From Nitrospirota bacterium (lineage in GTDB: Bacteria > Nitrospirota > Thermodesulfovibrionia > Thermodesulfovibrionales > Dissulfurispiraceae): a stretch of 64,000 nucleotides of DNA. How positions within the stretch are numbered: the stretch's first letter is position 1; each line of letters opens with the position of its first letter. The stretch lies in the NCBI GenBank assembly GCA_963790025.1, contig CAWBMP010000002.1, forward strand, positions 480,001 through 544,000, in the 5' to 3' direction. A program made the translations under genes and the position numbers. Shown one piece after another: positions 9,233 through 18,774 of the stretch. Below the pieces are notes generated by a model that had not been told where the DNA came from, searched no databases, and worked only from the letters and a program-made list of their open reading frames with translations.

Positions 9233-10398
9233 AAAAAATTGTAATACTGGGTTCCACTGGTTCGATAGGGAAAAGTACCCTGGATGTGGTCGCAAAGTTT
9301 CCCGACCGTTTCAAGGTCGCCGGCCTGACCGCCGGTAATAATGTGTCGCTTCTCATGGAACAAATTCAGCGCTTTCATCCTGAAACAGTTGCCGTTTCCA
9401 ATGAGAAAACCTATCGTGTCCTCCGCGATCTGTTTGCGCAGTATACCGCTCCCTACACTCCGGAAATACGCTTCGGTGTTGACGGCATTTGCAGTACGGC
9501 GTCAATGACCGGGGCAGATATTGTAATATCCGCAATTGTTGGTGCGGCGGGCCTCCTGCCCACGCTCTCTGCCATAAGGGAAGGGAAGACAGTGGGGATA
9601 GCAAACAAGGAAACTCTGGTGATGGCGGGAGAACTTGCTCTTTCAGAGGTCCGCCTCCACGGTACAACGTTATTGCCTGTTGACAGCGAACACAGCGCTA
9701 TTTTCCAATGCATGCATGGTTACGATAAAACGTCTGTGGAAAAAATAATACTTACCGCATCCGGCGGACCCTTCATCGGGAAGACGGCGGCGGAACTTGA
9801 AACCGTTTCCCCCGGCAGCGCGCTTAAACACCCGAACTGGAGTATGGGTCAGAAAATATCTATAGACTCAGCCACGCTGATGAACAAAGGGCTTGAAGTG
9901 ATCGAAGCCTATTACCTTTTCGGTCTGCCCCTCGATAAAATAGATGTGCTCATCCATCCTCAAAGCATTATACATTCCATCATAGAGTTTAAAGACGGCA
10001 GTTACATGGCACAGCTTTCTCAACCCGATATGAGGGGGCCCATTGCCTATGCCCTGTCTTATCCTGCAAGACTCGGCGAGGTGCTGAAACCCCTCGCATG
10101 GGAGAGTCTGCCCGGTCTTACCTTTCAAAAACCAGATACCACCGCGTTCCCGTGTTTATCCTTCGCTTATGCAGCTCTGAAAGAAGGGGGGACGTTACCG
10201 GCAGTGCTCAATGCCTCTAATGAGATCGCTGTCAGGGCCTTCCTGGACGGTATTATTGGTTTTAATAAAATACCTGTTATAATAAAAAAAGTAATGGAAT
10301 CGCATACAACACAGCCTGCCTGTGACATTGCCATTATCCTTGAAACTGACAGATGGGCGCGGGAAGAAACCAGAAAGCTCATAGCTCATAGCTCATAG
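9229..10398 (+). CDS. dxr: 1-deoxy-D-xylulose-5-phosphate reductoisomerase
   Basis: LGSTGSIG, ANKETLV, PVDSEHSAIFQ, HPNWSMGQKISIDSATLMNKGLE. Confidence 0.98.
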   Translation: MKKIVILGSTGSIGKSTLDVVAKFPDRFKVAGLTAGNNVSLLMEQIQRFHPETVAVSNEKTYRVLRDLFAQYTAPYTPEIRFGVDGICSTASMTGADIVISAIVGAAGLLPTLSAIREGKTVGIANKETLVMAGELALSEVRLHGTTLLPVDSEHSAIFQCMHGYDKTSVEKIILTASGGPFIGKTAAELETVSPGSALKHPNWSMGQKISIDSATLMNKGLEVIEAYYLFGLPLDKIDVLIHPQSIIHSIIEFKDGSYMAQLSQPDMRGPIAYALSYPARLGEVLKPLAWESLPGLTFQKPDTTAFPCLSFAYAALKEGGTLPAVLNASNEIAVRAFLDGIIGFNKIPVIIKKVMESHTTQPACDIAIILETDRWAREETRKLIAHSS

Positions 10399-10418
10399 CT
10401 ATCCCGGAGGAATCGGAG

Positions 10419-11501
10419 TTGAGTATAATATCTGCGATTTTATTGTTCGGCTTTCTCATCTTTATCCATGAACTGGGCCACTTTCTGTTTGCAAAGATAA
10501 GCGGGGTAAAAGTTCTCAAGTTTTCGCTCGGTTTTGGGCCGACGGTCATCGGAAAAAAGTTCTGTGAAACTGAATATGTGATCTCTGCCGTGCCTCTAGG
10601 GGGCTATGTGAAGATGCTCGGACAGGAGGACATCGGAGAGATTGAAAATGAATCGGAGACTGCTGAGAGGGAGCGGTCGTTCCGCTACCAGCCTGCGTAT
10701 AAGAGGGTGTTGATTATCCTGGCAGGGCCCGTGTTCAACCTTCTTACCGCTGTCGTTATCTTCTTTTTTGTTTTTCTTGCCGGCGTCCCCACGCTGCTCC
10801 CCACAATTGGAGAGGTAATGCCGGACACACCGGCTGCAAAGGTCATGCTGCAAAAGGGCGATAAGATTACGGCCATCAACGGCGCCCCTATTAAACAGTG
10901 GGCTGAGATGACCGATATTATACACAGCAGCCCCGGCAAGCGTTTGGAACTGACAGTGGAAAGAAATGGTGCACTCCTCAACGTCTCAGTGACTCCCGAA
11001 AGCAAAAAGATGAAAGACCTGTTCGGGGAAGAACGGGAAGTGGGCCTCATAGGCTTGAAGCCCTCGGGAGAAACATTTACTGTAAAGGAAAACCTGCCAG
11101 GAGCCATCAACAGTGCAGTCCTGAAAACATGGGACATCTCCGCTTTAACCGTACTCGGAATGATAAAACTTATACAGAGAATTGTTCCTGTTGAAACCAT
11201 AGGCGGCCCTATTCTGATATTCCAACTTGCCGAAAAGCAGGCCACAGCCGGGGCCTTAAGCTATTTCATTTTTGCTGCAGTAATAAGCATAAACCTGGGT
11301 ATATTAAATCTTCTGCCTATTCCTGTTCTGGACGGCGGGCACATCTTTTTCCTCGGTCTTGAGGCTATACGGAAGAAACCCCTGAGCGAGCGGAGCCTTT
11401 TGATTGCACAACGGGTGGGACTGGCCTTGCTGGTTATGCTGATGATGTTCGCAATGTATAACGATATTTTCAGGATCATCAGTGGAAAACCGTTGCCATG
11501 A
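10419..11501 (+). CDS. rseP: RIP metalloprotease RseP
   Basis: HELGH, PDZ domain, [12 protein letters not shown]. Confidence 0.96.
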   Translation: MSIISAILLFGFLIFIHELGHFLFAKISGVKVLKFSLGFGPTVIGKKFCETEYVISAVPLGGYVKMLGQEDIGEIENESETAERERSFRYQPAYKRVLIILAGPVFNLLTAVVIFFFVFLAGVPTLLPTIGEVMPDTPAAKVMLQKGDKITAINGAPIKQWAEMTDIIHSSPGKRLELTVERNGALLNVSVTPESKKMKDLFGEEREVGLIGLKPSGETFTVKENLPGAINSAVLKTWDISALTVLGMIKLIQRIVPVETIGGPILIFQLAEKQATAGALSYFIFAAVISINLGILNLLPIPVLDGGHIFFLGLEAIRKKPLSERSLLIAQRVGLALLVMLMMFAMYNDIFRIISGKPLP

Positions 11502-11977
11502 AAGAGGAAGTCCCAAAAATACTTTTACAGGATGAACTTAAAAAAATCGTTGCAAGACTCAAGTCTCAAGGCAAAAAAATAGTTTTTACTAACGGCTGTT
11601 TTGACCTGCTTCATGTCGGGCACGTCCGCTACTTGAAAGATGCTAAGAAACTTGGAGATATACTAATCATAGGACTGAATTCAGATACTTCGGTCAAGCG
11701 ATTGAAGCCTCAAAGGCCCATCAATGAGGAGTCAATGAGAGCAGAGGTCCTCGCATCACTCGAAGCGGTCGATTATGTGACCATTTTCTCCGAAGATACT
11801 CCCTATGAACTTATAAAATCGCTCAGGCCGGATGTCCTTGTGAAAGGCGGCGACTGGAAGAAAGAGGACATTGTGGGCTCGGATATCGTGGCTGAAGTAT
11901 ACAGTTTGCCCTACGTCGCAGGGATTTCGACCACTGAAACCATCGAAAAAATACTTAATACAAAGAAGAGCCGGTAG
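11498..11977 (+). CDS. rfaE2: D-glycero-beta-D-manno-heptose 1-phosphate adenylyltransferase
   Basis: [30 protein letters not shown]. Confidence 0.93.
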   Translation: MKEEVPKILLQDELKKIVARLKSQGKKIVFTNGCFDLLHVGHVRYLKDAKKLGDILIIGLNSDTSVKRLKPQRPINEESMRAEVLASLEAVDYVTIFSEDTPYELIKSLRPDVLVKGGDWKKEDIVGSDIVAEVYSLPYVAGISTTETIEKILNTKKSR

Positions 11978-12001
11978 GCGCTTACTTCTTGGTAAAGGAG
12001 A

Positions 12002-12673
12002 GTGCGTATGTCCAGAAAAAGTTTCTATGTGTCGCTGCTGCTCACCGTTATTATTTCTTTCGGTCTTTGCTTTGCTGGTGCTCAAAAAAGTGACGATGCC
12101 TTAAGCAAGCTCGTTGACGGCAACAAGAGGTTCGTTTCGGGGAATCTGCAGTTAAAAGACCTAAGCGGTGAAAGGCGTAAAGAACTCTCAAAAGGGCAGC
12201 ACCCTTCTGCAATAGTAGTTGCCTGTTCGGACTCGAGGGTGCCGCCTGAAATCATCTTTGACCAGGGTCTGGGTGATGTCTTCGTCATCAGGGTCGCCGG
12301 CAACGTGCTCGATCCCGTCTCCGTGGGCAGCATCGACTACGCTGCCGAACATCTCCATGCACCCCTTATCATTGTCCTTGGACATGATAATTGCGGGGCT
12401 GTGAAGGCCGCTCTCGAAGCAAAAGAGAAAACCGCGGACAATATTGGGGCAGTGATTAGGAAAATACTGCCTGCTGTAAAAAAGGCAACTGAAAGGGGAG
12501 GCTCCAAAGAGGATATCCTAAATAATGCAATCAGGGAGAACGTGATGGTACAGCAGAAATACCTGCTCAGGAAAAGCGCTATCGTGAGAAACCTGATCGC
12601 GTCAGGAAATCTTAAGATTGTTACCGGCATATACCACATCGAGAGTGGGGAGATCGAGCTGTTCGACAAGTAG
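12002..12673 (+). CDS. Beta-class carbonic anhydrase with signal peptide
   Basis: GNKRF, CSDSRVPPE, RVAGN, HDNCGAV zinc ligands; hydrophobic N-terminus. Confidence 0.92.
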   Translation: MRMSRKSFYVSLLLTVIISFGLCFAGAQKSDDALSKLVDGNKRFVSGNLQLKDLSGERRKELSKGQHPSAIVVACSDSRVPPEIIFDQGLGDVFVIRVAGNVLDPVSVGSIDYAAEHLHAPLIIVLGHDNCGAVKAALEAKEKTADNIGAVIRKILPAVKKATERGGSKEDILNNAIRENVMVQQKYLLRKSAIVRNLIASGNLKIVTGIYHIESGEIELFDK

Positions 12674-12761
12674 TAAAAAAGTAAGCACTAGGCAGTAAGG
12701 AGTGAGCAGTAAAGTCTCTTTTCCCCTTGCTACTTACTACCTGTTAGTTTATGATATTTCG

Positions 12762-13700
12762 ATGAAACATATCTTTTTCATCATTTTTATGTTCGTCCTT
12801 TTATTGCTCTCTCTTCCTTCGTTATCCCTTGCAACGCCGGAATTTGCCCAGAAGACGGGACTGGAATGTACTGAATGCCATATTAACCCTGCCGGGGGAA
12901 GACCACTCAATGAAAGGGGGAACGCATACTTAAAAGAACTACAGGCAAAACAACACTATAAACCGCTTACATCGGCACAAAAAATAGTACGCCTGCTCAT
13001 CGGATATCTCCATATGATGGCTGCTATCACCTGGTTCGGGGCCATAATTTACGTCCATCTGCTCCTCAAACCGTCATATGCAGCAAAAGGTCTCCCGCGC
13101 GGCGAGCTCCGTCTGGGCTGGATATCCATGGTTATAGTCCTCATAACGGGCACCCTGCTCACTATCGCCAGAATGTCTTCATGGCAAGCTTTTTATACTT
13201 CACGGTTCGGCATTCTGCTCAGTATCAAAATATTGCTGTTTGCCATTATGTTCCTGAGCGCTCTCATTGTGACCGTTTTCATAGGACCCAGATTGCGCGC
13301 TGAGAGAAAAAATGGGACGCTTCTAATTTCCGAGCTGAAAAAATTAGAAGCGTCCCATTTTTTCTCTCAGGACGAACTTGCCATGTTTGACGGAAAAGAA
13401 GGAAGGCCGGCCTATGTCGCATATAAAGGTGTGGTTTACGATGTCTCGCAGAGCCGGCTCTGGAAAGACGGTTCTCATTTGAGAAAACATAATGCGGGGC
13501 TGGATATGACCGATATCCTGAAAACAGCGCCCCACACCGAGGAAAAGATCCTTGCAATGCCTGTGGCAGGAAACCTTATATTGACAGCCGAAAAACCACT
13601 GCTGCCGTTTCATGTGCGGCTATTCTACTTTTTTGCCAGGATGAACCTGGTGTTTACCTTTATAATAGTATTCATAGTTGCTCTCTGGCGGTGGTGGTAG
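12762..13700 (+). CDS. Membrane protein: monoheme cytochrome c domain + CopD-like TM bundle + cytochrome b5-like domain
   Basis: Signal peptide, CTECH, four TM helices, then ELAMFDGKEGRPAYVAYKGVVYDVS...HNAG.D.T...APH, then a final TM. Start ATG 12762. Confidence 0.8.
   Translation: MKHIFFIIFMFVLLLLSLPSLSLATPEFAQKTGLECTECHINPAGGRPLNERGNAYLKELQAKQHYKPLTSAQKIVRLLIGYLHMMAAITWFGAIIYVHLLLKPSYAAKGLPRGELRLGWISMVIVLITGTLLTIARMSSWQAFYTSRFGILLSIKILLFAIMFLSALIVTVFIGPRLRAERKNGTLLISELKKLEASHFFSQDELAMFDGKEGRPAYVAYKGVVYDVSQSRLWKDGSHLRKHNAGLDMTDILKTAPHTEEKILAMPVAGNLILTAEKPLLPFHVRLFYFFARMNLVFTFIIVFIVALWRWW
13300..13370. repeat. Perfect 30-bp inverted repeat (REP-like palindrome) inside a CDS
   Basis: CTGAGAGAAAAAATGGGACGCTTCTAATTT (13300-13329), 11-nt loop, AAATTAGAAGCGTCCCATTTTTTCTCTCAG (13341-13370). 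Confidence 0.93.
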
Positions 13701-13732
13701 GTAGTTTATAGTATAATTAAATCATATATAGC

Positions 13733-16700
13733 ATGCCAATCCTGTATCAACACTTGATAAATCATGTCACGGAACTTCTCCAGCAGCTAAAATCCGATCC
13801 TGGGGGGAGGATTTATAACCTCTCGGTCCCTCATTTGGCATTACTTCTTTTGTTCGATATCAGCCCGTTTGTTGTAATCGAGGATTCCACCGAATCAGCC
13901 GCTGCGCTCTATAATGATCTTCAGTTTTTCAGGCAACTTGTACCGGGCAGTGACAGGACCATAAGTCTCTTCCCGCCTGGCTCGAGCCCTGAGTTGATAG
14001 GTAAAAGGGCATCGGTACTTCTGGCAGGCATCACCGAAGAGAATATCGGAATCATTACTTCTCCTGAGGCTTGCATGACAGGATTCTCTCTTTCCCGGAT
14101 AATGGATACGGTCACAATTGTGAGAAAGGGAGCATCCCTTGAGCGCGACAAATTGAATACTATACTAGCGGGCCTCGGTTACAAAAAGGTGAGTATCGTA
14201 GTGGAAAAAGGTGAATATAGCCAGAGGGAATGGCTGTTTGATATTTACCCCGCCACCGAAGATATGCCGGTTAGAGTAGAGTTTTTCGGGGACGAAATAG
14301 AAGTAATGCGAGCGTTCGATGTAGAAACTCAGCGTTCAATAAGAGAGGTCCAGGAACTGGTAATTTTCCCGGCCGGCGAGGACAAACCCGGCAATACCAT
14401 AATCCACGAGCTGGCACAAAGTATAAACCCTGATGTGTTCGTTATCGGTGACGCCAGCTTGTCAGTTTGTTCGCTTGACAGCCGACCGCATTGCCGGCTT
14501 TACTCTGTGTCACATCTGCCGTTCGCCGGAGAAGGAATCGATGCAATGGAGCGTTCAATCAAAGGCATGGGAATTTTACCTGAAGAGCGCAAAGAACTCG
14601 GTGACATACCTGCGGCGCTTAAGTTGGCCGGTTCCGACATCCTGATAGTCCTTCCATCTGAAGCCCAGGCCGAGCGTCTGAAAGATATCGTCTTTGACGG
14701 AGGGGTAATAGCTCCGATAATCAGGAGCAAAGACCTGGAGTCATATGAGGGCGGGATCAGCATCACAAACGGCACACTTTCATCTGGCATGCGGATACAG
14801 AACGTACTGATCCTGACCGACAGGGAACTCTTCGGAGAGCGACCCGCTTACCGGCCTCTGAGGCGATCAAAGGCTTCCAGACTTCTCTTCACTATAGACG
14901 ATCTGAAAATCGGTGACCTTGTCGTGCACAAGGACCACGGAATAGGAAGATTCACGGGACTGCAGCGGCAAAGGACTGAAAACTGCGAAGAGGACTTGAT
15001 TACCCTTGAATATGCTCAAGGCGACAGGCTGTATATCCCGTTTTACAGCATAGATAAATTACAGAAATACAGCGCCGGAGAAGGGCATACTGCGCCTATT
15101 GACCGGCTTGGAAGCAAGAAATGGAATAAAACAAAACAACGGGCCAGGGAAAAAATAAGGGAAATGGCCGACAAACTCGTTAAGTTGTATGCCGAGAGAA
15201 AGGTTTCCCGTGGATTCGTATTTAGTGAAGATACAACCCTGCACCGGGAATTTGATGATTTTTTTCCTTATGACGAGACACCTGATCAGATAAAGGCTTT
15301 TGAGGAGATTCAAAAGTACATGCACTCGGAAACCCCTATGGACATGCTGCTTTGCGGCGATGTCGGTTACGGCAAAACCGAGGTTGCGATAAAGGCTGCA
15401 TTCAGGGCCGTGTTTGACGGCAAACAGGTGGCTGTCCTTGTGCCGACAACGCTGCTTGCAGAACAGCATTACAGGACCTTTAAAACACGGTTTTCAGGAT
15501 TCCCGGTGAAAATCGACTACCTGAGCAGGTTTAAGAGCAAAGAGAATATCCAACAGGCAATCAAGGCCCTGGCTGACGGTGAAACCGATGTCATAATCGG
15601 CACACATATGCTCCTGAACAAAAAGCTCCGGTTTCCCGACCTCGGGCTGCTTATTATTGACGAAGAGCACCGTTTCGGTGTTGCCCAGAAAGAACGGCTT
15701 AAAGAACTCAAGAAGGGTGTAGATATTCTTACGCTTACGGCAACTCCTATTCCAAGAACACTGCATATGTCGCTGTCAGGTATAAGGGAAATCGCTACTA
15801 TTGAAACCCCGCCTGAAGAAAGGCTCGCAGTCAGGAGTATTGTCACACCTTTTAACGATAAAACAATAAAGGAAGCGGTCGAGAGAGAACTGAAAAGGGG
15901 CGGCCAGGTGTTTTTCGTCCATAACAGGGTCCGGGACATAGAAAAAGCGGCTGAATATTTACGAAAACTGGTGCCTAATGCGCGGCTTGCCATAGCGCAC
16001 GGGCAGATGCCGGAGGTCGAGCTGGAAAAAATTATGCTGCGGTTCCTGAACGCCGACATCAATACGCTTGTGTGCAGCGCAATTATCGGCTCGGGCCTCG
16101 ATATCCCCATTGCAAATACCATTATACTGGACAGAGCAGATACGTTCGGACTGGCTGATCTTTATCAACTCAGGGGACGGGTCGGCAGAGGCAATGTGCA
16201 GGCCTACGCGTACTTTCTGATACCCCGCGAAGACAGCCTCACCGATGAGGCAAAAAAACGCTTGCAGGCCATACAGGAAATGAGCTATCTGGGGGCGGGA
16301 TTCAGGCTTGCACTGAAAGACCTTGATATTCGCGGCGCCGGCAACCTTCTCGGGGCCGAACAATCAGGGTATATCGAGGGGGTCGGGTTTGATATGTATA
16401 TTGAAATGCTCGAAAAAGCCGTTGCCGAGTTGAAGGGACAGGTGGTGGTGGAAGAGATCGAACCGTCAATAAAGCTGCGCCTTTCGGCATTCATTCCTGA
16501 TAATTACATCTCCGATATCACTCTCAGGCTCAACATCTATAAACGCATATCATCGCTAAAGTCCATCGAGGCCCTAGCGGACCTGGGGGATGAACTCTCC
16601 GACAGGTTCGGCATACTGCCCGAAGAAGCGTTAAACCTTATGCATGTTATAAAAATCAAGCTGCTTTCAAAACAGCTGTATATAACAAAGGTCACCGATA

Positions 16701-16954
16701 TTGACGGAAGGTACCGTTTTTCCTTTCTCATTGATCCGGATAATACCTATAAGATTCCTGAGGATTTCTTTGACCGTCTTATGAAAGCCCTTTTTCCCCT
16801 TTTTTCCGGCATGTCCATCAGGTTTCTTCCCGATGGGTTTGAGTTGGACGCTCATAATATGGTCCTGTCCGAGGCCATAGACAAGGTGGAAAAAACACTG
16901 CAGAGACTAGTCGAACAAATAAATACAGTAGGCAGTAAAGGTAGTAAAGTGTAA
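13733..16954 (+). CDS. mfd: Transcription-repair coupling factor
   Basis: GDLVVHKDHGIG RID, CGDVGYGKTEVA, DEEHRFG, LTATPIPRT, QLRGRVGR, TRCF C-terminal domain. Confidence 0.98.
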   Translation: MPILYQHLINHVTELLQQLKSDPGGRIYNLSVPHLALLLLFDISPFVVIEDSTESAAALYNDLQFFRQLVPGSDRTISLFPPGSSPELIGKRASVLLAGITEENIGIITSPEACMTGFSLSRIMDTVTIVRKGASLERDKLNTILAGLGYKKVSIVVEKGEYSQREWLFDIYPATEDMPVRVEFFGDEIEVMRAFDVETQRSIREVQELVIFPAGEDKPGNTIIHELAQSINPDVFVIGDASLSVCSLDSRPHCRLYSVSHLPFAGEGIDAMERSIKGMGILPEERKELGDIPAALKLAGSDILIVLPSEAQAERLKDIVFDGGVIAPIIRSKDLESYEGGISITNGTLSSGMRIQNVLILTDRELFGERPAYRPLRRSKASRLLFTIDDLKIGDLVVHKDHGIGRFTGLQRQRTENCEEDLITLEYAQGDRLYIPFYSIDKLQKYSAGEGHTAPIDRLGSKKWNKTKQRAREKIREMADKLVKLYAERKVSRGFVFSEDTTLHREFDDFFPYDETPDQIKAFEEIQKYMHSETPMDMLLCGDVGYGKTEVAIKAAFRAVFDGKQVAVLVPTTLLAEQHYRTFKTRFSGFPVKIDYLSRFKSKENIQQAIKALADGETDVIIGTHMLLNKKLRFPDLGLLIIDEEHRFGVAQKERLKELKKGVDILTLTATPIPRTLHMSLSGIREIATIETPPEERLAVRSIVTPFNDKTIKEAVERELKRGGQVFFVHNRVRDIEKAAEYLRKLVPNARLAIAHGQMPEVELEKIMLRFLNADINTLVCSAIIGSGLDIPIANTIILDRADTFGLADLYQLRGRVGRGNVQAYAYFLIPREDSLTDEAKKRLQAIQEMSYLGAGFRLALKDLDIRGAGNLLGAEQSGYIEGVGFDMYIEMLEKAVAELKGQVVVEEIEPSIKLRLSAFIPDNYISDITLRLNIYKRISSLKSIEALADLGDELSDRFGILPEEALNLMHVIKIKLLSKQLYITKVTDIDGRYRFSFLIDPDNTYKIPEDFFDRLMKALFPLFSGMSIRFLPDGFELDAHNMVLSEAIDKVEKTLQRLVEQINTVGSKGSKV

Positions 16955-17069
16955 ACAGCAGGCAGAAAAGAGACTGTCATCCGCAACCATAAAGTACAGT
17001 GCTTTATGCAATCACAATCTTGTCGCTGCATACTAGCTTTACTTCCCAGGAATGATTTAAACTGAACTC

Positions 17070-17852
17070 ATGCGAAAGATTTCCACTTACTCCGCACGTC
17101 CTCCTGCCTATCATTTTATGCTGCCCGCTGCTTACTGCCTGACAGGTACTTTTTTGGTGCTTACTGCCTGCTGCCTGCTGTTTACTTTTTTTGTCAGTTG
17201 TACAACGTTCGGGGATGAGCAGAAGGAAGCAGATTTTCACTATAAAATGGGGATTGCCTCTTTGAGTGAGGGGAATTTACAGGCCGCCTTTGTCGAACTC
17301 CAAAAGACTTTGCGGCTTGATCCCCGCAACAAGGATGCCCTTTTCAGACTCGGATATGTCTATTTGCAGTTTGAAGATTTTGGAAAAGCAAAAGAACTCT
17401 TTATGAGGGCTGTTTCCCTCGATCCCGAATTCTCCGAAGCTTACACCTACCTTGGCATAATTCATATCAGGATGCGTCAATGGAAGGAAGCGGTAGTGCC
17501 GCTTAAAAAGGCATTGTCAAATGTGCTATATGATACTCCCTGGAAGGCCTTTTATTATCTTGGTATTGCCTATTACCGGATCGGACAGTTTGATCTTTCC
17601 ATGGACGCATATAAAGACACGCTAAAACGCTCGCCGTCATTTACAGAGGCATATTACGGTCTCTCCCTGACTTATAATAAAATCGGCAGATACGGCGATG
17701 CAGCCGCTATCCTTGAGCGCGCCATAGAAATTGACCCCGTTTTTAAAGGCGATAAAACAAAATTCATAAGCGAGATGAGGGAAAGGCTGTTAACAGCAAA
17801 GCGAGAAGATGAGGCAGATGCGCGAGACTATCTTGAAATAATGAAATACTAA
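17070..17852 (+). CDS. TPR lipoprotein, PilF/PilW pilotin-like
   Basis: Lipobox-like FVSC, multiple TPRs, LSNVLYDTP motif. Start position uncertain. Confidence 0.75.
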   Translation: MRKISTYSARPPAYHFMLPAAYCLTGTFLVLTACCLLFTFFVSCTTFGDEQKEADFHYKMGIASLSEGNLQAAFVELQKTLRLDPRNKDALFRLGYVYLQFEDFGKAKELFMRAVSLDPEFSEAYTYLGIIHIRMRQWKEAVVPLKKALSNVLYDTPWKAFYYLGIAYYRIGQFDLSMDAYKDTLKRSPSFTEAYYGLSLTYNKIGRYGDAAAILERAIEIDPVFKGDKTKFISEMRERLLTAKREDEADARDYLEIMKY

Positions 17853-17988
17853 TGATGGCAGCCTCATAAAAAGTTCATATGCTGCGTTGCACTGCGCGCT
17901 TCGTCACTGCGGCGTATGAAAAAGTACGCCTCATTCCTCAGGATTTGTGCGCCTTGCCCCTGGAGCTTTTTACGAGGCCGCCATCATT
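17851..17988. mobile_element. ~138-bp MITE/REP-like palindromic element
   Basis: 26-bp imperfect terminal inverted repeats AATGATGGCAGCCTCATAAAAAGTTC / GAGCTTTTTACGAGGCCGCCATCATT (3 mismatches); internal hairpin GGCGTA-N8-TACGCC; no transposase. Confidence 0.75.
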
Positions 17989-18375
17989 TTTTACACTTCC
18001 TTTATATTGTATAGTGATTTCGTATGCTACGCTGGCATGGTCAGCAGCCAGACCGTCATTCTTTCCTTCACAGGCAAGTTTCCCCTTCCCGGTTTTTTTT
18101 CGATCTTTTACCATCCTTGTTATAATAGAAGTTAAATCAAACCCGCCATTGAGACAATCCCTTATCATGCAATCCATATTAAAATACGCATAGGTGGTAG
18201 GTAAAACATTTACAGTACGCACCATAAGGATGGGATTCAAGCTTTTCTGATAATAGGTCAGATTAATTACAATACTGTCCACCTTAGGAAACCGTTCGGA
18301 TACCAGGCCCGCTGCAAGCTTATTTTGCTTGTTCAGTTCCGCCTTAGCTGAGTGGTACTGCTTGTTTGACATCAT
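17938..18375 (-). CDS. Hypothetical protein with Cx4C..GGFDL...C motif; C-terminus lies inside the palindromic element
   Basis: 145-aa ORF with AAGG just upstream of the ATGs, co-oriented downstream of the csp gene. Confidence 0.65.
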   Translation of the reverse strand: MMSNKQYHSAKAELNKQNKLAAGLVSERFPKVDSIVINLTYYQKSLNPILMVRTVNVLPTTYAYFNMDCMIRDCLNGGFDLTSIITRMVKDRKKTGKGKLACEGKNDGLAADHASVAYEITIQYKGSVKNDGGLVKSSRGKAHKS

Positions 18376-18400
18376 CCTTTATAGAAGAATCCCTATGTCG

Positions 18401-18601
18401 TCATATCTTGACCACATTGATTGCTTTTGGACCTTTGGGGCCCTTTTCGACATCAAAGCTGACTTTATCACCCTCGGCGAGTGTTTTAAAACCGTCGCCC
18501 TGAATGGACGAATAATGGACAAAGACATCACTGCCGTCTTCGCTGGTGATAAAACCAAACCCTTTCGACTCATTGAACCATTTCACTTTCCCTTGCGCCA
18601 T
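18401..18601 (-). CDS. Cold-shock protein (CspA family)
   Basis: [18 protein letters not shown]...DVFVHYS RNP1/RNP2; AGGAGG RBS; ATG 18601. Confidence 0.97.
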   Translation of the reverse strand: MAQGKVKWFNESKGFGFITSEDGSDVFVHYSSIQGDGFKTLAEGDKVSFDVEKGPKGPKAINVVKI

Positions 18602-18655
18602 ACAATTATCCTCCTGACGTTTAAGTCCGGTTGTGGTCTCATGTTTTTGCCTGCT

Positions 18656-18688
18656 AACAAAAAACCACAAAGCAAAGAGTCTTTGTGG
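18656..18688 (-). terminator. Intrinsic terminator-like hairpin between tRNA-Cys and the csp gene
   Basis: Minus strand CCACAAAG-actctttg-CTTTGTGG-TTTTTTGTT. Confidence 0.65.
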
Positions 18689-18774
18689 CAACATGCATCA
18701 AAAAAGTTCTTTATCTTCAGCAGATTTTTGCATATCCTGAATTTAAAAGTCAATATGTCTTCTGCTTTAATTAA

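Noticed and set aside
17879..18193. 104-aa plus-strand ORF
   Set aside because: Starts inside the palindromic element and is antisense to a better ORF; no recognisable motifs.
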